DNA from: Escherichia phage vB_EcoM-689R6
Sequence record: ON470584
Length of the DNA stretch: 43,469 bases
Reading direction: 5' to 3' (one strand)
Made by a program: the position numbers and the translations under genes. Below the pieces are notes generated by a model that saw nothing but the letters and a program-made list of their open reading frames with translations, was not told the origin of the DNA and did not search any database. Shown one piece after another: positions 1-9,973 of this stretch (position 1 is its first letter; every line of letters begins with the position of its first letter).

Positions 1-27
1 TTCCTGCTTTTGCTAGGGAGATCTACC

Positions 28-582
28 ATGCTTATTGGCTATGTACGTGTGTCAACAAATGACCAGAACACAGATCTACAACGTAATGCGCTGAACTGTG
101 CAGGATGCGAGCTGATTTTTGAAGACAAGATAAGCGGTACAAAGTCCGAAAGGCCGGGACTGAAAAAACTGCTCAGGACATTATCGGCAGGTGACACTCT
201 GGTTGTCTGGAAGCTGGATCGGCTGGGGCGCAGTATGCGGCATCTGGTCATTCTGGTTGAGGAGTTGCGCGAACGTGGCGTTAATTTTCGCAGCCTGACG
301 GATGCTATTGATACCAGCACACCGATGGGGCGTTTTTTCTTTCATGTGATGGGTGCCCTGGCTGAAATGGAACGAGAACTGATTGTTGAACGAACAAAAG
401 CTGGACTGGAAGCTGCTCGCGCACAGGGACGAATTGGGGGACGTCGTCCCAAACTTACACTAGAACAATGGGCGCAGGCCGGGCGATTAATTGCATCAGG
501 CATTCCTCGCCAGAAGGTGGCGATTATCTATGATGTTGGTGTGTCAACTTTGTATAAGAGGTTTCCTGCAGGGGATAAATAA
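28..582 (+). CDS. pinE: Serine recombinase / DNA invertase (Hin-Gin-Pin family)
   Basis: Translation begins MLIGYVRVSTNDQ, the resolvase/invertase N-terminal catalytic motif (Ser at the VRVST position), with a C-terminal HTH. ATG at 28 is preceded by AGGGAG at 15-20; the ORF track extends to a TTG at 10. Length 184 aa. Followed by mcrA as in prophage e14. Confidence 0.85.
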   Translation: MLIGYVRVSTNDQNTDLQRNALNCAGCELIFEDKISGTKSERPGLKKLLRTLSAGDTLVVWKLDRLGRSMRHLVILVEELRERGVNFRSLTDAIDTSTPMGRFFFHVMGALAEMERELIVERTKAGLEAARAQGRIGGRRPKLTLEQWAQAGRLIASGIPRQKVAIIYDVGVSTLYKRFPAGDK

Positions 583-683
583 AGTTAAAGACACTTTGTG
601 TACAAAATAAAACAACAGCAACTTGTTGCAATTTTATCAATAAAAGTAGTATTGTCGTAAAAAATTGATTAAAGATTAATGCT

Positions 684-1517
684 ATGCATGTTTTTGATAA
701 TAATGGAATTGAACTAAAAGCTGAGTGTTCGATAGGTGAAGAGGATGGCGTTTATGGTCTAATCCTTGAGTCGTGGGGGCCGGGTGACAGAAACAAAGAT
801 TACAATATCGCTCTTGATTATATCATTGAACGGTTGGTTGATTCTGGTGTATCCCAAATCGTAGTATATCTGGCGTCATCATCAGTCAGAAAACATATGC
901 ATTCTTTGGATGAAAGAAAAATCCATCCTGGTGAATATTTTACTTTGATTGGTAATAGCCCCCGCGATATACGCTTGAAGATGTGTGGTTATCAGGCTTA
1001 TTTTAGTCGTACGGGGAGAAAGGAAATTCCTTCCGGCAATAGAACGAAACGAATATTGATAAATGTTCCAGGTATTTATAGTGACAGTTTTTGGGCGTCT
1101 ATAATACGTGGAGATCTATCAGAGCTTTCACAGCCTACAGATGATGAATCGCTTCTGAATATGAGGGTTAGTAAATTAATTAAGAAAACGTTGAGTCAAC
1201 CCGAGGGCTCCAGAAAACCAGTTGAGGTAGAAAGACTACAAAAAGTTTATCTCCGAGACCCGATGGTAAAAGCTTGGATTTTACAGCAAAGTAAAGGTAT
1301 ATGTGAAAACTGTGGTAAAAATGCTCCGTTTTATTTAAATGATGGAAGCCCATACTTGGAAGTGCATCATGTAATTCCCCTGTCTTCAGGTGGTGCTGAT
1401 ACAACAGATAACTGTGTTGCCCTTTGTCCGAATTGCCATAGAGAATTGCACTATAGTAAAAATGCAAAAGAACTAATCGAGATGCTTTACGTTAATATAA
1501 ACCGATTACAGAAATAA
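684..1517 (+). CDS. mcrA: HNH endonuclease, 5-methylcytosine-specific restriction enzyme McrA-like
   Basis: 277 aa with C-terminal HNH motif CENCGKNAPF...LEVHHVIPLSSGGADTTDNCVALCPNCHRELH. AT-rich gene immediately downstream of pin, matching the e14 pinE-mcrA arrangement. Confidence 0.8.
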   Translation: MHVFDNNGIELKAECSIGEEDGVYGLILESWGPGDRNKDYNIALDYIIERLVDSGVSQIVVYLASSSVRKHMHSLDERKIHPGEYFTLIGNSPRDIRLKMCGYQAYFSRTGRKEIPSGNRTKRILINVPGIYSDSFWASIIRGDLSELSQPTDDESLLNMRVSKLIKKTLSQPEGSRKPVEVERLQKVYLRDPMVKAWILQQSKGICENCGKNAPFYLNDGSPYLEVHHVIPLSSGGADTTDNCVALCPNCHRELHYSKNAKELIEMLYVNINRLQK

Positions 1518-1750
1518 AATTGTTTATTAAAGTCACATTTAAGACGTAATACCTTACAGGGTAAAAATTTTCTCTGATCTTAACTTCTGCAAATGTTAAC
1601 TGCTTTTTTTATGCTAAAAATGGTTATCAAAACTCAAAAACACATGTTGATAATCAATGAGTTATGGAAATGCTAAGAGCTAATGAGTTATATGCAAATT
1701 AGTAAAATTATGTTGCTATGTCAAATAGTTACGATTTAATCATCTAACTA

Positions 1751-1810
1751 ATGCTGCGCCATATGGGCTGGACTGAAGCCGCAGACCTGATTGTTAAAGG
1801 TATGGAAGGC
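1751..1810 (+). pseudogene. Displaced 3' fragment of icd (icdC-like), truncated by the assembly gap
   Basis: 1751..1810 encodes [20 protein letters not shown] and is the exact reverse complement of 37509..37568 inside the intact icd gene. Sequence upstream of 1751 has no icd similarity. Confidence 0.8.
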
Positions 1811-1820
1811 NNNNNNNNNN
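1811..1820. other. Assembly gap (run of 10 N)
   Basis: Ten consecutive N characters; the flanking sequences have incompatible orientation (see findings). Confidence 0.95.
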
Positions 1821-2309
1821 TCCACGTCCGTCATCCCAGCCACGAATAAATTCACCGCGTAAATCAGGCAATTTATTTGTCGGGTAAGCCTTTGCCAGTT
1901 CCGGGTATTCTTCAGCAGAAAAAGCTGCTCCGTTGCATTTTAGCCAGCCTGTTGGCGGAGTGGCTGAGGGCCACGGAACAGGCACACCAACAGGTAATGC
2001 AGAGCCTTCTCCCAAACCAAGGTTTTCGAGAGCCGTTTTCACCGTGCCGTCCGATTTGATATCGCCAAACGGATTTTTGCGGCTTAACAGTAGCGCACTA
2101 AGCGCGGTAAGCAGCTGGTCGTGCCGCCCCTTCTCCAGGCTGGCACCGGATGCCTCCACCACGCCGCAAAGCTCCTCCTGCAACATGTCAAAGTAGTCAT
2201 CATCCAGATCGGTGGCAGGTGTGCCGGTCTGGGGGTTACCACGGGTAAAACCGTTCTTACCCGCGCCGAACTTATCCTTCTGCGCGGTTTTCGTGTCTAT
2301 ACGATGCAT
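1821..2309 (-). CDS. Tail fibre protein, N-terminal part (3' end lost in gap)
   Basis: ORF starts at 2309 directly after the gp48-like gene and runs into the N gap. Contains a tail-collar-like motif ([19 protein letters not shown]...[17 protein letters not shown]). An invertase crossover site lies inside the coding sequence. Confidence 0.65.
2007..2032. other. Din-family invertase crossover site (hix/gix-like 26-bp site)
   Basis: TTCTCCCAAACCAAGGTTTTCGAGAG: imperfect 12-bp inverted half-sites around a central AA. Closely resembles the Hin hixL site TTCTTGAAAACCAAGGTTTTTGATAA as I recall it. Located within the tail fibre gene. Confidence 0.6.
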
Positions 2310-2312
2310 GGA

Positions 2313-2897
2313 TTACTCCGGATATTTAAAAATTACGTAGGTATGCGACGGGCAGAGTTTGTTAAGCACACACTCGACAACGGTGTCGCCCCAGATACGC
2401 AGTGCGGAATCACAGGGATCGCCACATGTCATCCAGGTGGTGTTGGTGGCAGCTGCCATGTTGACCTGCCAGTAATACCGCCATTCCGGCGCATTCACCG
2501 CGTCAGTACAGGCCGATGAGCAGGTGAACGTGCTTTTGTCGTATCGCGTGATGCTGGCGTCTGGTCTGCCCAGGGCAGCAAGCTGGGCAAGGTAAAAATC
2601 CTCGTTGATGCCGCCCGCCAGGTTAACCTTCGCATCCAGCCGTTGCTGACGCTGGCGAAGGGTCTGTGTCCCTGTGGGAATACATTCATCCGGCAGACCG
2701 CACAGACGCTCCCAGCGATTTATCAGTTCGGTGGTGGTGCGCGGATCCAGCTCCCGCATCAGGGCATCCGCACGCTGATGAACACGGGTTAATGAAGGCG
2801 CCGCACCGGCAATCGCCGGATCGCTGGCTGACCACGCCGGACCGGGCGGCAACAGTGCCGATAACAGGCGGATGTAATCATCGTTTGTCACGTCCAT
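2313..2897 (-). CDS. Phage tail protein, Mu gp48-like (DUF2313 type)
   Basis: 194 aa; sits between the baseplate J-like gene and the tail fibre gene; stop/start overlap with the upstream gene. Family call is from synteny and general resemblance to YmfQ-like proteins. Confidence 0.6.
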   Translation of the reverse strand: MDVTNDDYIRLLSALLPPGPAWSASDPAIAGAAPSLTRVHQRADALMRELDPRTTTELINRWERLCGLPDECIPTGTQTLRQRQQRLDAKVNLAGGINEDFYLAQLAALGRPDASITRYDKSTFTCSSACTDAVNAPEWRYYWQVNMAAATNTTWMTCGDPCDSALRIWGDTVVECVLNKLCPSHTYVIFKYPE

Positions 2898-3946
2898 GAA
2901 ATCGTCCCCAGAACCGCCAGTTCATTTTTCGCAATGGAGATATTGTCCGCCGGAGCAAGCAACTGATGGCTGTATTCCCCGTTCGCACCGGAAATCGCTT
3001 CACTGATACGTGACACCTTCAGTTCTCCCTGCGGATAACCATCACGCAGCAGGAACGAACGCAACTCCGCGGTGATGGCAGCCCGTATTTCCGGTGTGTC
3101 CGGCGTCACGCGGATATGAAAATCCACCGTATGCGCCACCGGCCTGAACACATACAAATCAGAGCCTGCCACCGGGGCCAGTGGCTCGATGTGTTGTCTT
3201 GCCGCCGTTTCCGTTGATTCTTCCGGAATGGGATTAATCAGGTCACTGCCGGCAATCATCACACCGACAGTTCCCGTTCCCATCCAGTGACGGTATGTCC
3301 ATGCGCGGGTAATGCCGGGCACTTCTTTAGCCCAGACGACATAGTCCCCGTCAGCCCCGCCCTGCGGCGTCCAGTAATACCGCTCAATGACGCGGGCGCG
3401 CCACGTTTCCAGATCTTCAGTATCAAATCCGCCTGTCAGAGTGTCAGCCACACCGGAAGACGGCAGACCATTCACCGGCGTGACCAGGATTAATGCCGTA
3501 CCGTCGTCAGCGTTACCGACCGCGCCTGCACTTGAGCAGGCGATCGGCACGCGCAGGACACCACCGGAGCTGGTTGCATCGGCAGTTGCCGTGTACTGAA
3601 CCAGGTCATCGCGCTGAATCACGCTCCCGGCGGTCACTTTCAGGCCATCGCTGACACCTTCCCAGCGCATATACCCGCTGGCAGCCGTGGCCCCCTTGCG
3701 CGGACACCGTTTCATCGCAGCATGTCGCGCCAGCCAGGACTCATCGCACAGGTCAGGCAGCATGTTCATTGCCAGATAATCGATGTACCCGTAAACCGTA
3801 TGCAGCGCCGCCGCATACACCTTTGCCCGCACGTCTTCATCCATGCGCCGGAGCGTGTCGCTGACGTCCAGCCTGGCGAATAAATCGTTACGGAGCATAC
3901 TGATATTTTCTGCCAGCGTCGGGCGCTGAAATTCACTGTCCGCCAT
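2888..3946 (-). CDS. Baseplate J-like protein (Mu gp47-like)
   Basis: 352 aa, position in baseplate module; overlaps neighbours at both ends as in an operon. Confidence 0.7.
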   Translation of the reverse strand: MADSEFQRPTLAENISMLRNDLFARLDVSDTLRRMDEDVRAKVYAAALHTVYGYIDYLAMNMLPDLCDESWLARHAAMKRCPRKGATAASGYMRWEGVSDGLKVTAGSVIQRDDLVQYTATADATSSGGVLRVPIACSSAGAVGNADDGTALILVTPVNGLPSSGVADTLTGGFDTEDLETWRARVIERYYWTPQGGADGDYVVWAKEVPGITRAWTYRHWMGTGTVGVMIAGSDLINPIPEESTETAARQHIEPLAPVAGSDLYVFRPVAHTVDFHIRVTPDTPEIRAAITAELRSFLLRDGYPQGELKVSRISEAISGANGEYSHQLLAPADNISIAKNELAVLGTISWT

Positions 3947-4361
3947 GCGTTATCGCACTCCACAGATCATCAAAAGAAATCATTACCGGTCCGTCACGAC
4001 GCCAGAGAGTGATACTGTTACCCAGTTCATTAATCCCGGTGCGGCGGATATCCAGATCAATACGGGACACCACACCGTCATCAATCATCCATTGCAGGCA
4101 TTCGCGGATATACCCCCTTACCGTCTGCACCAGCTGATTGGTCAGTTTGCTGCGCTGAAGCAGCCACAGCCGGGAGCCGTAACGGTCATTCTGTACCGCA
4201 GGCCAGGTATCCCCCCACCATCCCATCGGGACGTCGGCGTTGTCATCAGGCTCCGCCCGCCGCCAGGTAAACAGGGAAATCACCACGGCGCGGGTCAGCG
4301 GATCCAGCGGTGTGCTGGCGCAGGTGCGTTTACCGTTCACCATCAGCCACAGTTCCATCAT
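3933..4361 (-). CDS. Baseplate protein, Mu gp46-like (GP46 family)
   Basis: 142 aa protein between the V-like and J-like baseplate genes; start overlaps the upstream gene. Confidence 0.6.
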   Translation of the reverse strand: MMELWLMVNGKRTCASTPLDPLTRAVVISLFTWRRAEPDDNADVPMGWWGDTWPAVQNDRYGSRLWLLQRSKLTNQLVQTVRGYIRECLQWMIDDGVVSRIDLDIRRTGINELGNSITLWRRDGPVMISFDDLWSAITHGGQ

Positions 4362-4906
4362 GCCTCCATTGCTTTATCAGGTTTGTCGGTGTTACTGCCC
4401 TGACCGTTCTCTCTGTGACGATGCCCGTTATAGGCAAGCCGCATCGCTGACATGGTGGTGCCGCTGGAGTCGCACAGGTCTTTCACCTGTCCGGTCACTT
4501 CCAGGTCCATTTCAAAACGTGCTTTAGGTGAATTGCGAAACGTGATCGTTTTACCTGCACCGTCCACCACGATCCCCTCCCGGGTCAGCGTCACGGACTG
4601 CCCCTGATCGTCATAGACAGCCACCTCACCCGTCTGCAGCCCTTTCAGGCGGTAGCGCCGGTCCGACACCGTAACAACCACCGCATGAGAACGGTCGCCA
4701 TCCGGAAACAACACCACCGCTTCCGCACCGCTGTTTGCCCTTGCGGTAAAACCGTAGGGTTCAAGATGTTCAACCCCGGCTTTGGGTTCACCGGCAATCA
4801 GAGACACATCCACGGTCTGACATTTCGTGGCGGCACTGATGCTTTTCACCACGGCCCGCCCAATCAGGCCGAGGAGTTGTCGCTGCATGGCTTCAATCGT
4901 CCTCAT
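4358..4906 (-). CDS. Baseplate assembly protein V / spike (Mu gp45-like)
   Basis: 182 aa, in conserved position downstream of the hub gene; 1-nt overlap with the upstream gene. Confidence 0.6.
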   Translation of the reverse strand: MRTIEAMQRQLLGLIGRAVVKSISAATKCQTVDVSLIAGEPKAGVEHLEPYGFTARANSGAEAVVLFPDGDRSHAVVVTVSDRRYRLKGLQTGEVAVYDDQGQSVTLTREGIVVDGAGKTITFRNSPKARFEMDLEVTGQVKDLCDSSGTTMSAMRLAYNGHRHRENGQGSNTDKPDKAMEA

Positions 4907-5985
4907 CAGAACGGGTCCTCCTGTACTCTGGCTTTTTTCTTTTTCCGCGCGCCGGGGGCTTCGGGTTCAGGCAGATAAGCATCAGGTGGGCCGACACGGA
5001 TTTCCGTCAGGGTGCCGTTCTGGTCCTGAGTAAACGTGACTTCCGAAACAAGCAGTTCGGTATTGTCGAAACCACAGACCGGATCAAAGACAATCACCCG
5101 CTGGTTGGGCTGCCACAGCGTACCGTTACCCTGTCGCCAGCCCTGCACCACATAGGTGGTTTCATCCGTCCGCGCCGCCCGTTGTTTGGCTTCAAAGTCC
5201 GCACGGGCAATACAGCCTGCCCCCGTAGCCTGCCCTGTCTGCCTGATATACATCGGACGGTAACGGGCAATAAATGCGTCCTCTGTGCGGGCCCGCAGCG
5301 CGGTGGTGGTGGCCTCACCGAAATCATCGTCGTTTCCGGCACGCTGCCCCGCCACCTGGTAAACAGAAAACCGCTCCCGGATACTCTTCTCCGTATCGCA
5401 GGAAAGGATGTTTTCCCCGAGTACCAGCGCAGTATGTGCCCGCGTTGAGCCAATACCGCCAATCACCAGCCTGCCGTGCGGGTCGTCGTAAGCCAGTGCC
5501 TGCTGCTGACCGAGTATTTTGTTGATTACCTCAATCACCGTTTCACCGTGATCAGGCTGGACATCAGGAATAACACCCGACGGCGCACCGTTGTTCACCA
5601 CCTCAATGCCGAAAGGCGCAGCAAGCGCCTGCGCAATCTGTACCAGCGATCGTCCGTTAAACTGTGTCGGTTCGGCTGCACAGTCAATCAGGTCAGCAGT
5701 CAGACTACGTCCGGCAATACCGGTGCTGACCGAACGGGCATCGTAACGAACGGGGGTCGCCTCCACCCAGCCGGTGATCACCAGCTCATCACCAATCAGC
5801 ACTTCCACTTTTGAACCATTTTTAATGCGCGGCTGAAGCGTGGTGATACCCTCATCTCCCGGCCACTGGCGGGTGATCTCCACACTGAAATCCCGCGCCA
5901 GCCGTTCAATACCGGCACCGATGCGCACCGATGTCCAGCCATTCCACTCCCGGCCATTTACCCGTAGCGTGACGTTATCGTTCAT
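4906..5985 (-). CDS. Tail/baseplate hub protein (Mu gp44 / P2 gpD-like)
   Basis: 359 aa with basic C-terminal tail (GARKKKKARV); follows the DNA circularisation-like gene in Mu order. Confidence 0.6.
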   Translation of the reverse strand: MNDNVTLRVNGREWNGWTSVRIGAGIERLARDFSVEITRQWPGDEGITTLQPRIKNGSKVEVLIGDELVITGWVEATPVRYDARSVSTGIAGRSLTADLIDCAAEPTQFNGRSLVQIAQALAAPFGIEVVNNGAPSGVIPDVQPDHGETVIEVINKILGQQQALAYDDPHGRLVIGGIGSTRAHTALVLGENILSCDTEKSIRERFSVYQVAGQRAGNDDDFGEATTTALRARTEDAFIARYRPMYIRQTGQATGAGCIARADFEAKQRAARTDETTYVVQGWRQGNGTLWQPNQRVIVFDPVCGFDNTELLVSEVTFTQDQNGTLTEIRVGPPDAYLPEPEAPGARKKKKARVQEDPF

Positions 5986-7352
5986 TGCACTGGCACCTTC
6001 AGAGGGATCACCGGCACAAAGCCGGGATGTTTAATGGCATTACGCCGGATAATGTCCGCGTCACGCGCCGCGTTATCAAACCAGGTCGCCGCCAGCACCA
6101 GCGCGGGTAAGACCTCATCCGGCGTGCGCTGAATGATCCGTGCAGACTGTTCAAGGCGCGTGTTGATATCCGCATTCAGATCTGCTTTCACCCGGCGCAG
6201 TGCCAGAAACAGCGCATCACTGGTTGTACGGGACAACTCCTTATCAATTGCCGTATTCAGCGTGTCGCGAATGTCGGTCAGTTCTTCCCACGTTGGCAGG
6301 TCAACCGTGTTTTTCACCGCCGGTGCATTGTTCAGTGCCGGATGCGTGACAGAAGGCCAGCCGGTGCTCTGCGCGGGTGTTGTTGACTGCCCCACTGTGG
6401 CATTCTGCATCACCGCGGAAGTTGTGGGCGCAGGCAATCGTGTGACGGCATACGCCGCTTCGCTGATTGCGGTCGTACGAAGGGTACTGGCAACCACGTT
6501 ACGCTGCTGCGTCGCCGTGGCGGTGGTTTTACTGTCCGTTTTCCAGACGCCGCGCGGTTGCAGATCGCTGCCGAGGCTGACACCGGAAAGCGTTTTGATC
6601 ATGGTGACCAGGTCGCTGGCGTTACCATAAAGGCGTTTCCCGGTACGCCACATTTTCTGCACCTGCTCAACGAAATTTTTGCCTGACGATGGCGGCGGCA
6701 GAAGTACCGAGATATCCCCCTGCAACAGCCTGGCGGCATCCGATACGGCAGAATCCACCACTTTCATCGCATCAGAAACATACCCAAGCATTGTGCTGGC
6801 ATTACCGACGACGTCGTTCTGCACAAAATCTGCCACGCCATCGATACTGAAACCACTGAAACTGTCACTGATGCAGTCATCCAGTGCAGAACAGGATGAC
6901 ATCAGCGTCTGCGCCGTCGCCGCACCTGATGTGGGGTAAGAGAGTTCTCCCGCTTCGACAAACTTCAGGTCAAAGCGGACAATACGCCCTTCACTCTTCG
7001 ATGTGCTGACCCGAACCTCTCCGTCAACACAGACTTTCAGCTCACCGTAAGTCGGATGGACAAGCGTGCCGGGACCGGGTTTATTCAGCGCGTCAATCAG
7101 GCGATCACGCTGGTCAAAGCAGTCATCTCCCACCACATAAGCCGTGATGGACGGGCGAAAAGTGATTTTCCCCAGGTCTTCGGTATAGGGCTTGTCGCGG
7201 TTCGGATATTCGTGTGTTTCCACACGGCGACCGGTTCCCGCACTTTCTTCTTCAACCTTAAACGGCACACCGCGAAATGACGCGTCCTGAAGCCTGTCTT
7301 TCCACGTCATATAAACTCCGTACATAAAAAATCCCACCGGAGTGGGACTCAT
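5982..7352 (-). CDS. DNA circularisation protein N-like tail protein (Mu gp43-like)
   Basis: 456 aa; N-terminus MSPTPVGFFMYGVYMTWKDRLQDASFRGVPFKVEEESAGTGRR resembles the Mu N DNA-circulation N-terminal domain; directly downstream of the tape measure gene. Confidence 0.65.
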   Translation of the reverse strand: MSPTPVGFFMYGVYMTWKDRLQDASFRGVPFKVEEESAGTGRRVETHEYPNRDKPYTEDLGKITFRPSITAYVVGDDCFDQRDRLIDALNKPGPGTLVHPTYGELKVCVDGEVRVSTSKSEGRIVRFDLKFVEAGELSYPTSGAATAQTLMSSCSALDDCISDSFSGFSIDGVADFVQNDVVGNASTMLGYVSDAMKVVDSAVSDAARLLQGDISVLLPPPSSGKNFVEQVQKMWRTGKRLYGNASDLVTMIKTLSGVSLGSDLQPRGVWKTDSKTTATATQQRNVVASTLRTTAISEAAYAVTRLPAPTTSAVMQNATVGQSTTPAQSTGWPSVTHPALNNAPAVKNTVDLPTWEELTDIRDTLNTAIDKELSRTTSDALFLALRRVKADLNADINTRLEQSARIIQRTPDEVLPALVLAATWFDNAARDADIIRRNAIKHPGFVPVIPLKVPVQ

Positions 7353-7370
7353 TAACAGATTAATTTTTCA

Positions 7371-9206
7371 TTACCTGCCAAAGCGCGTATAGCCAACATC
7401 ATGGCTGACATCAAAACCGCTGGATCGCGTTTCCATAACCCGCATACCCGGAGGCGAATTCACAAAAGAGACCTTGATCTCACCATCAACTTTTGGCGCA
7501 GAAGCTTTGTTGATCATGAAGGGATTCGGGCCTGTGGCACCGGAGGCGTTGTTTGCCTGAGCCGGATCCACCGCCGGATAAGGAGTGTATCCCCGTGGCG
7601 GTATTCCCGTCCCATAAGCATCATAAGCACCCGCGCCCCACTGCGCCGAGTTAATGGCATCGACCGTGTCACCGGAACTGTCGGTAAACCATTCAATAAT
7701 CGGCTTCAGCTTGTCCCACATATCCTGAAACCACTTAACAACCGGTCCCCAGTTATTGATCACCATCCCCAGCGGCGACCAGGCAAAAACCTTCTTCAGA
7801 AGTTCCCAGCCTGCCTCAAAATAAGGACCAATAGTTTCCCAGAGCTTCTTGAAATAAGGTCCGACAACATCCCAGTTAGTGATAATTAATCCCGCAGCCA
7901 GAGCAATCGCCGTCGCAATCATGCCAATCGGCGTCATCGACATGATCCTGCTGACAATACTGATGGCACCGCCCACGCCCATCAATCCCAGTTTCAGAAT
8001 CGCAAGACCGGCAGCAAGCCCGACGACGCCGCGAATAACCCGGGGATTTTCATCCGCAAACTTCGTGAATTTCTCCCCCAACTCCCCCAGCCACTGCGTG
8101 ATGTTCTTAGCGTCACCAGAAAATGCGCCGCCAATAGCCGCAAGGCCGTTAGTTGCGGTCCCCGTCATTGCCTCCCACAGGTTGGACAGCGTACCAAGCT
8201 GGGCCTGAACACGTTTATTCAGGCTGGCCTGTTTATTCATCTTCTGCTGGATCTGATCGTAGCCATCCTTTCCTTTATCGATCAGCGCATTGACCACCTG
8301 AAGGGTTTCGGCATCATCACCAAATATTGCCTTAAGTACACCGGTTCGCTTAACGTCGGTCAGTTTTCGCAGCTTTGCCAGTTGCCTGAACATGTTATCA
8401 AGACCGCCAAAACTCCCTTTGCCATCAGTAAAATCGAGCTGTACCCCGAGTTTCTGGCGGGCCATGATTTTATTGACGTCCCTGATTTTCTTAACGCTTA
8501 ATCCGGACTGGATAACTTTTCGCAGGGCATTACCTGCCGACTCCCCGTTCATCCCCATCTGATCCATCATGACACTGATGGGGGCAAGACTCTGTGCAGC
8601 CTGAAGACCGTCCTTGTTCACCATCTTCAGAACAGAGCTGGTTTTAGTGAAGAATGACAACATGTTGGTGTCGTCAACGCCCAGATAAAACGCCTTCTGA
8701 ATTGTGTCGAACAGCCCCATCATGTCTTCTGAGGCCGTTCCGGTAGCATCCTGCATCTTTGCAGCAAACTCAGCAGCCGCTTCCGGTGTTTTTTTCAGTT
8801 GTACCGCAAGATAAGCTGTCGCTTTACCCACACCACCAAGAATGTTTTCTGCCGGGATCCCCTGACGCACCAGCATCTGCATCATGTTCTGGAAATCAGC
8901 CGTTGTACCGGGTAGCTGGTTACCCAGGCCAATAGCCAGTTTATTGATGTCCTGAAAGCTCTTTCCAACCTCGCCGTTCGCATCCATCATGGCGACTTTC
9001 AGCCCGGTGGCGGCGTTTTCCTGATCGGCATAAGATTTCAGGGAAAGCGTCAGACCCGCTGCCAGTCCGCCACCAAGCGCCAGCCCACCCTGTGACGCTT
9101 CTTCCGCCTGGCGTTTAAATCCCCGGATTTTCTTTTGCATTTTCGACAGCGCGGGAGAAAGCCTGTCGACACCGGTGATCAACGCCTTAAGCTCAAATTC
9201 AGCCAT
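7371..9206 (-). CDS. Tail tape measure protein
   Basis: 611 aa, Ala/Gly/Leu-rich helical protein with a hydrophobic membrane-like segment near the C-terminal third; lies between the tail chaperone ORFs and baseplate genes. Confidence 0.8.
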   Translation of the reverse strand: MAEFELKALITGVDRLSPALSKMQKKIRGFKRQAEEASQGGLALGGGLAAGLTLSLKSYADQENAATGLKVAMMDANGEVGKSFQDINKLAIGLGNQLPGTTADFQNMMQMLVRQGIPAENILGGVGKATAYLAVQLKKTPEAAAEFAAKMQDATGTASEDMMGLFDTIQKAFYLGVDDTNMLSFFTKTSSVLKMVNKDGLQAAQSLAPISVMMDQMGMNGESAGNALRKVIQSGLSVKKIRDVNKIMARQKLGVQLDFTDGKGSFGGLDNMFRQLAKLRKLTDVKRTGVLKAIFGDDAETLQVVNALIDKGKDGYDQIQQKMNKQASLNKRVQAQLGTLSNLWEAMTGTATNGLAAIGGAFSGDAKNITQWLGELGEKFTKFADENPRVIRGVVGLAAGLAILKLGLMGVGGAISIVSRIMSMTPIGMIATAIALAAGLIITNWDVVGPYFKKLWETIGPYFEAGWELLKKVFAWSPLGMVINNWGPVVKWFQDMWDKLKPIIEWFTDSSGDTVDAINSAQWGAGAYDAYGTGIPPRGYTPYPAVDPAQANNASGATGPNPFMINKASAPKVDGEIKVSFVNSPPGMRVMETRSSGFDVSHDVGYTRFGR

Positions 9207-9381
9207 GTGTGCGTTTCTCCTGCTCTATCCTGTTTGCCTGACTGACCAGCAAGGGAATTTCACTGATCGGCATATTCAGCAATTCGAAGGGATTAATGCG
9301 CCAGTAGCTGGCGCAGTCAAAGAAGCGATCAGTGAGGTATTCAGCCGTCAGGCCTGGAGGAAAAAACCAGCCACAAGCCAC
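9199..9381 (-). CDS. Possible frameshift extension of the tail assembly chaperone (G-T-like)
   Basis: 60-aa ORF in a different frame overlapping the 3' end of the chaperone ORF and the tape measure start; this geometry is typical of programmed frameshift chaperone pairs. Confidence 0.3.
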   Translation of the reverse strand: MACGWFFPPGLTAEYLTDRFFDCASYWRINPFELLNMPISEIPLLVSQANRIEQEKRTHG

Positions 9382-9617
9382 GCCGCTGCATTCAGGTCTG
9401 CCGGAGACATCTGGTCGACAGAGCTTTGCGGCACTTTCGCCAGCCGCACAATGTATTTCGACACCACATGCGCCAGAAGTCTGACGGACTCATCCTGATT
9501 CATCTGGTAGGGATACCCCAGCTCGCGGACATCCTTCCCGGTGGGTTCATCAAACTCCAGTACGGAGAGTGTCTCGCCATGAGCGATAATCGGTTTCTTT
9601 AACTCAAGCTCTTTCAT
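9348..9617 (-). CDS. Tail assembly chaperone
   Basis: 89 aa ORF between the tail tube and tape measure genes; start overlaps the tube gene stop. Confidence 0.5.
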   Translation of the reverse strand: MKELELKKPIIAHGETLSVLEFDEPTGKDVRELGYPYQMNQDESVRLLAHVVSKYIVRLAKVPQSSVDQMSPADLNAAAWLVAGFFLQA

Positions 9618-9973
9618 TACTGGTAATCCCCTTCTTCACCGTGGAACTCAAGATCAACCGTGCCTTCTTCGGCATTATGGTTCGCTTCGCCGTGCAGCCA
9701 GGCGGACGACAATACATAGACCTGACCGTTCGCCAGCTCGGCAGTGATGGTCATCTCATCAGACGAGGTGATTTTGCTCACCGGAAAATTCTTCGGCACC
9801 TTGAAGGTCCCTTTGACATAAGGCGCACGGTGAGTTTCCTTGCGGTCCACTGAACCGTCCAGGCCGATGATGTCATCATTGACCGTCCTGTTCATGGGCA
9901 CCTCAATGCCGCCGGTCAGCGATAGCTGCTGACCGTCAATTTTGAAATAACAGGTTCCCCCGATACGGGCCAT
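9617..9973 (-). CDS. Tail tube protein
   Basis: 118 aa, immediately downstream of the sheath gene with a 1-nt overlap. Confidence 0.7.
   Translation of the reverse strand: MARIGGTCYFKIDGQQLSLTGGIEVPMNRTVNDDIIGLDGSVDRKETHRAPYVKGTFKVPKNFPVSKITSSDEMTITAELANGQVYVLSSAWLHGEANHNAEEGTVDLEFHGEEGDYQ

Noticed and set aside
1794-1820. ORF track extends the tail fibre ORF through the N gap into the icd fragment
   Set aside because: Translation across N characters is an artefact; the gene is truncated at the gap.
7401-8208. Plus-strand ORFs 7401..7889 and 7879..8208
   Set aside because: Antisense to the tape measure gene; no independent support.
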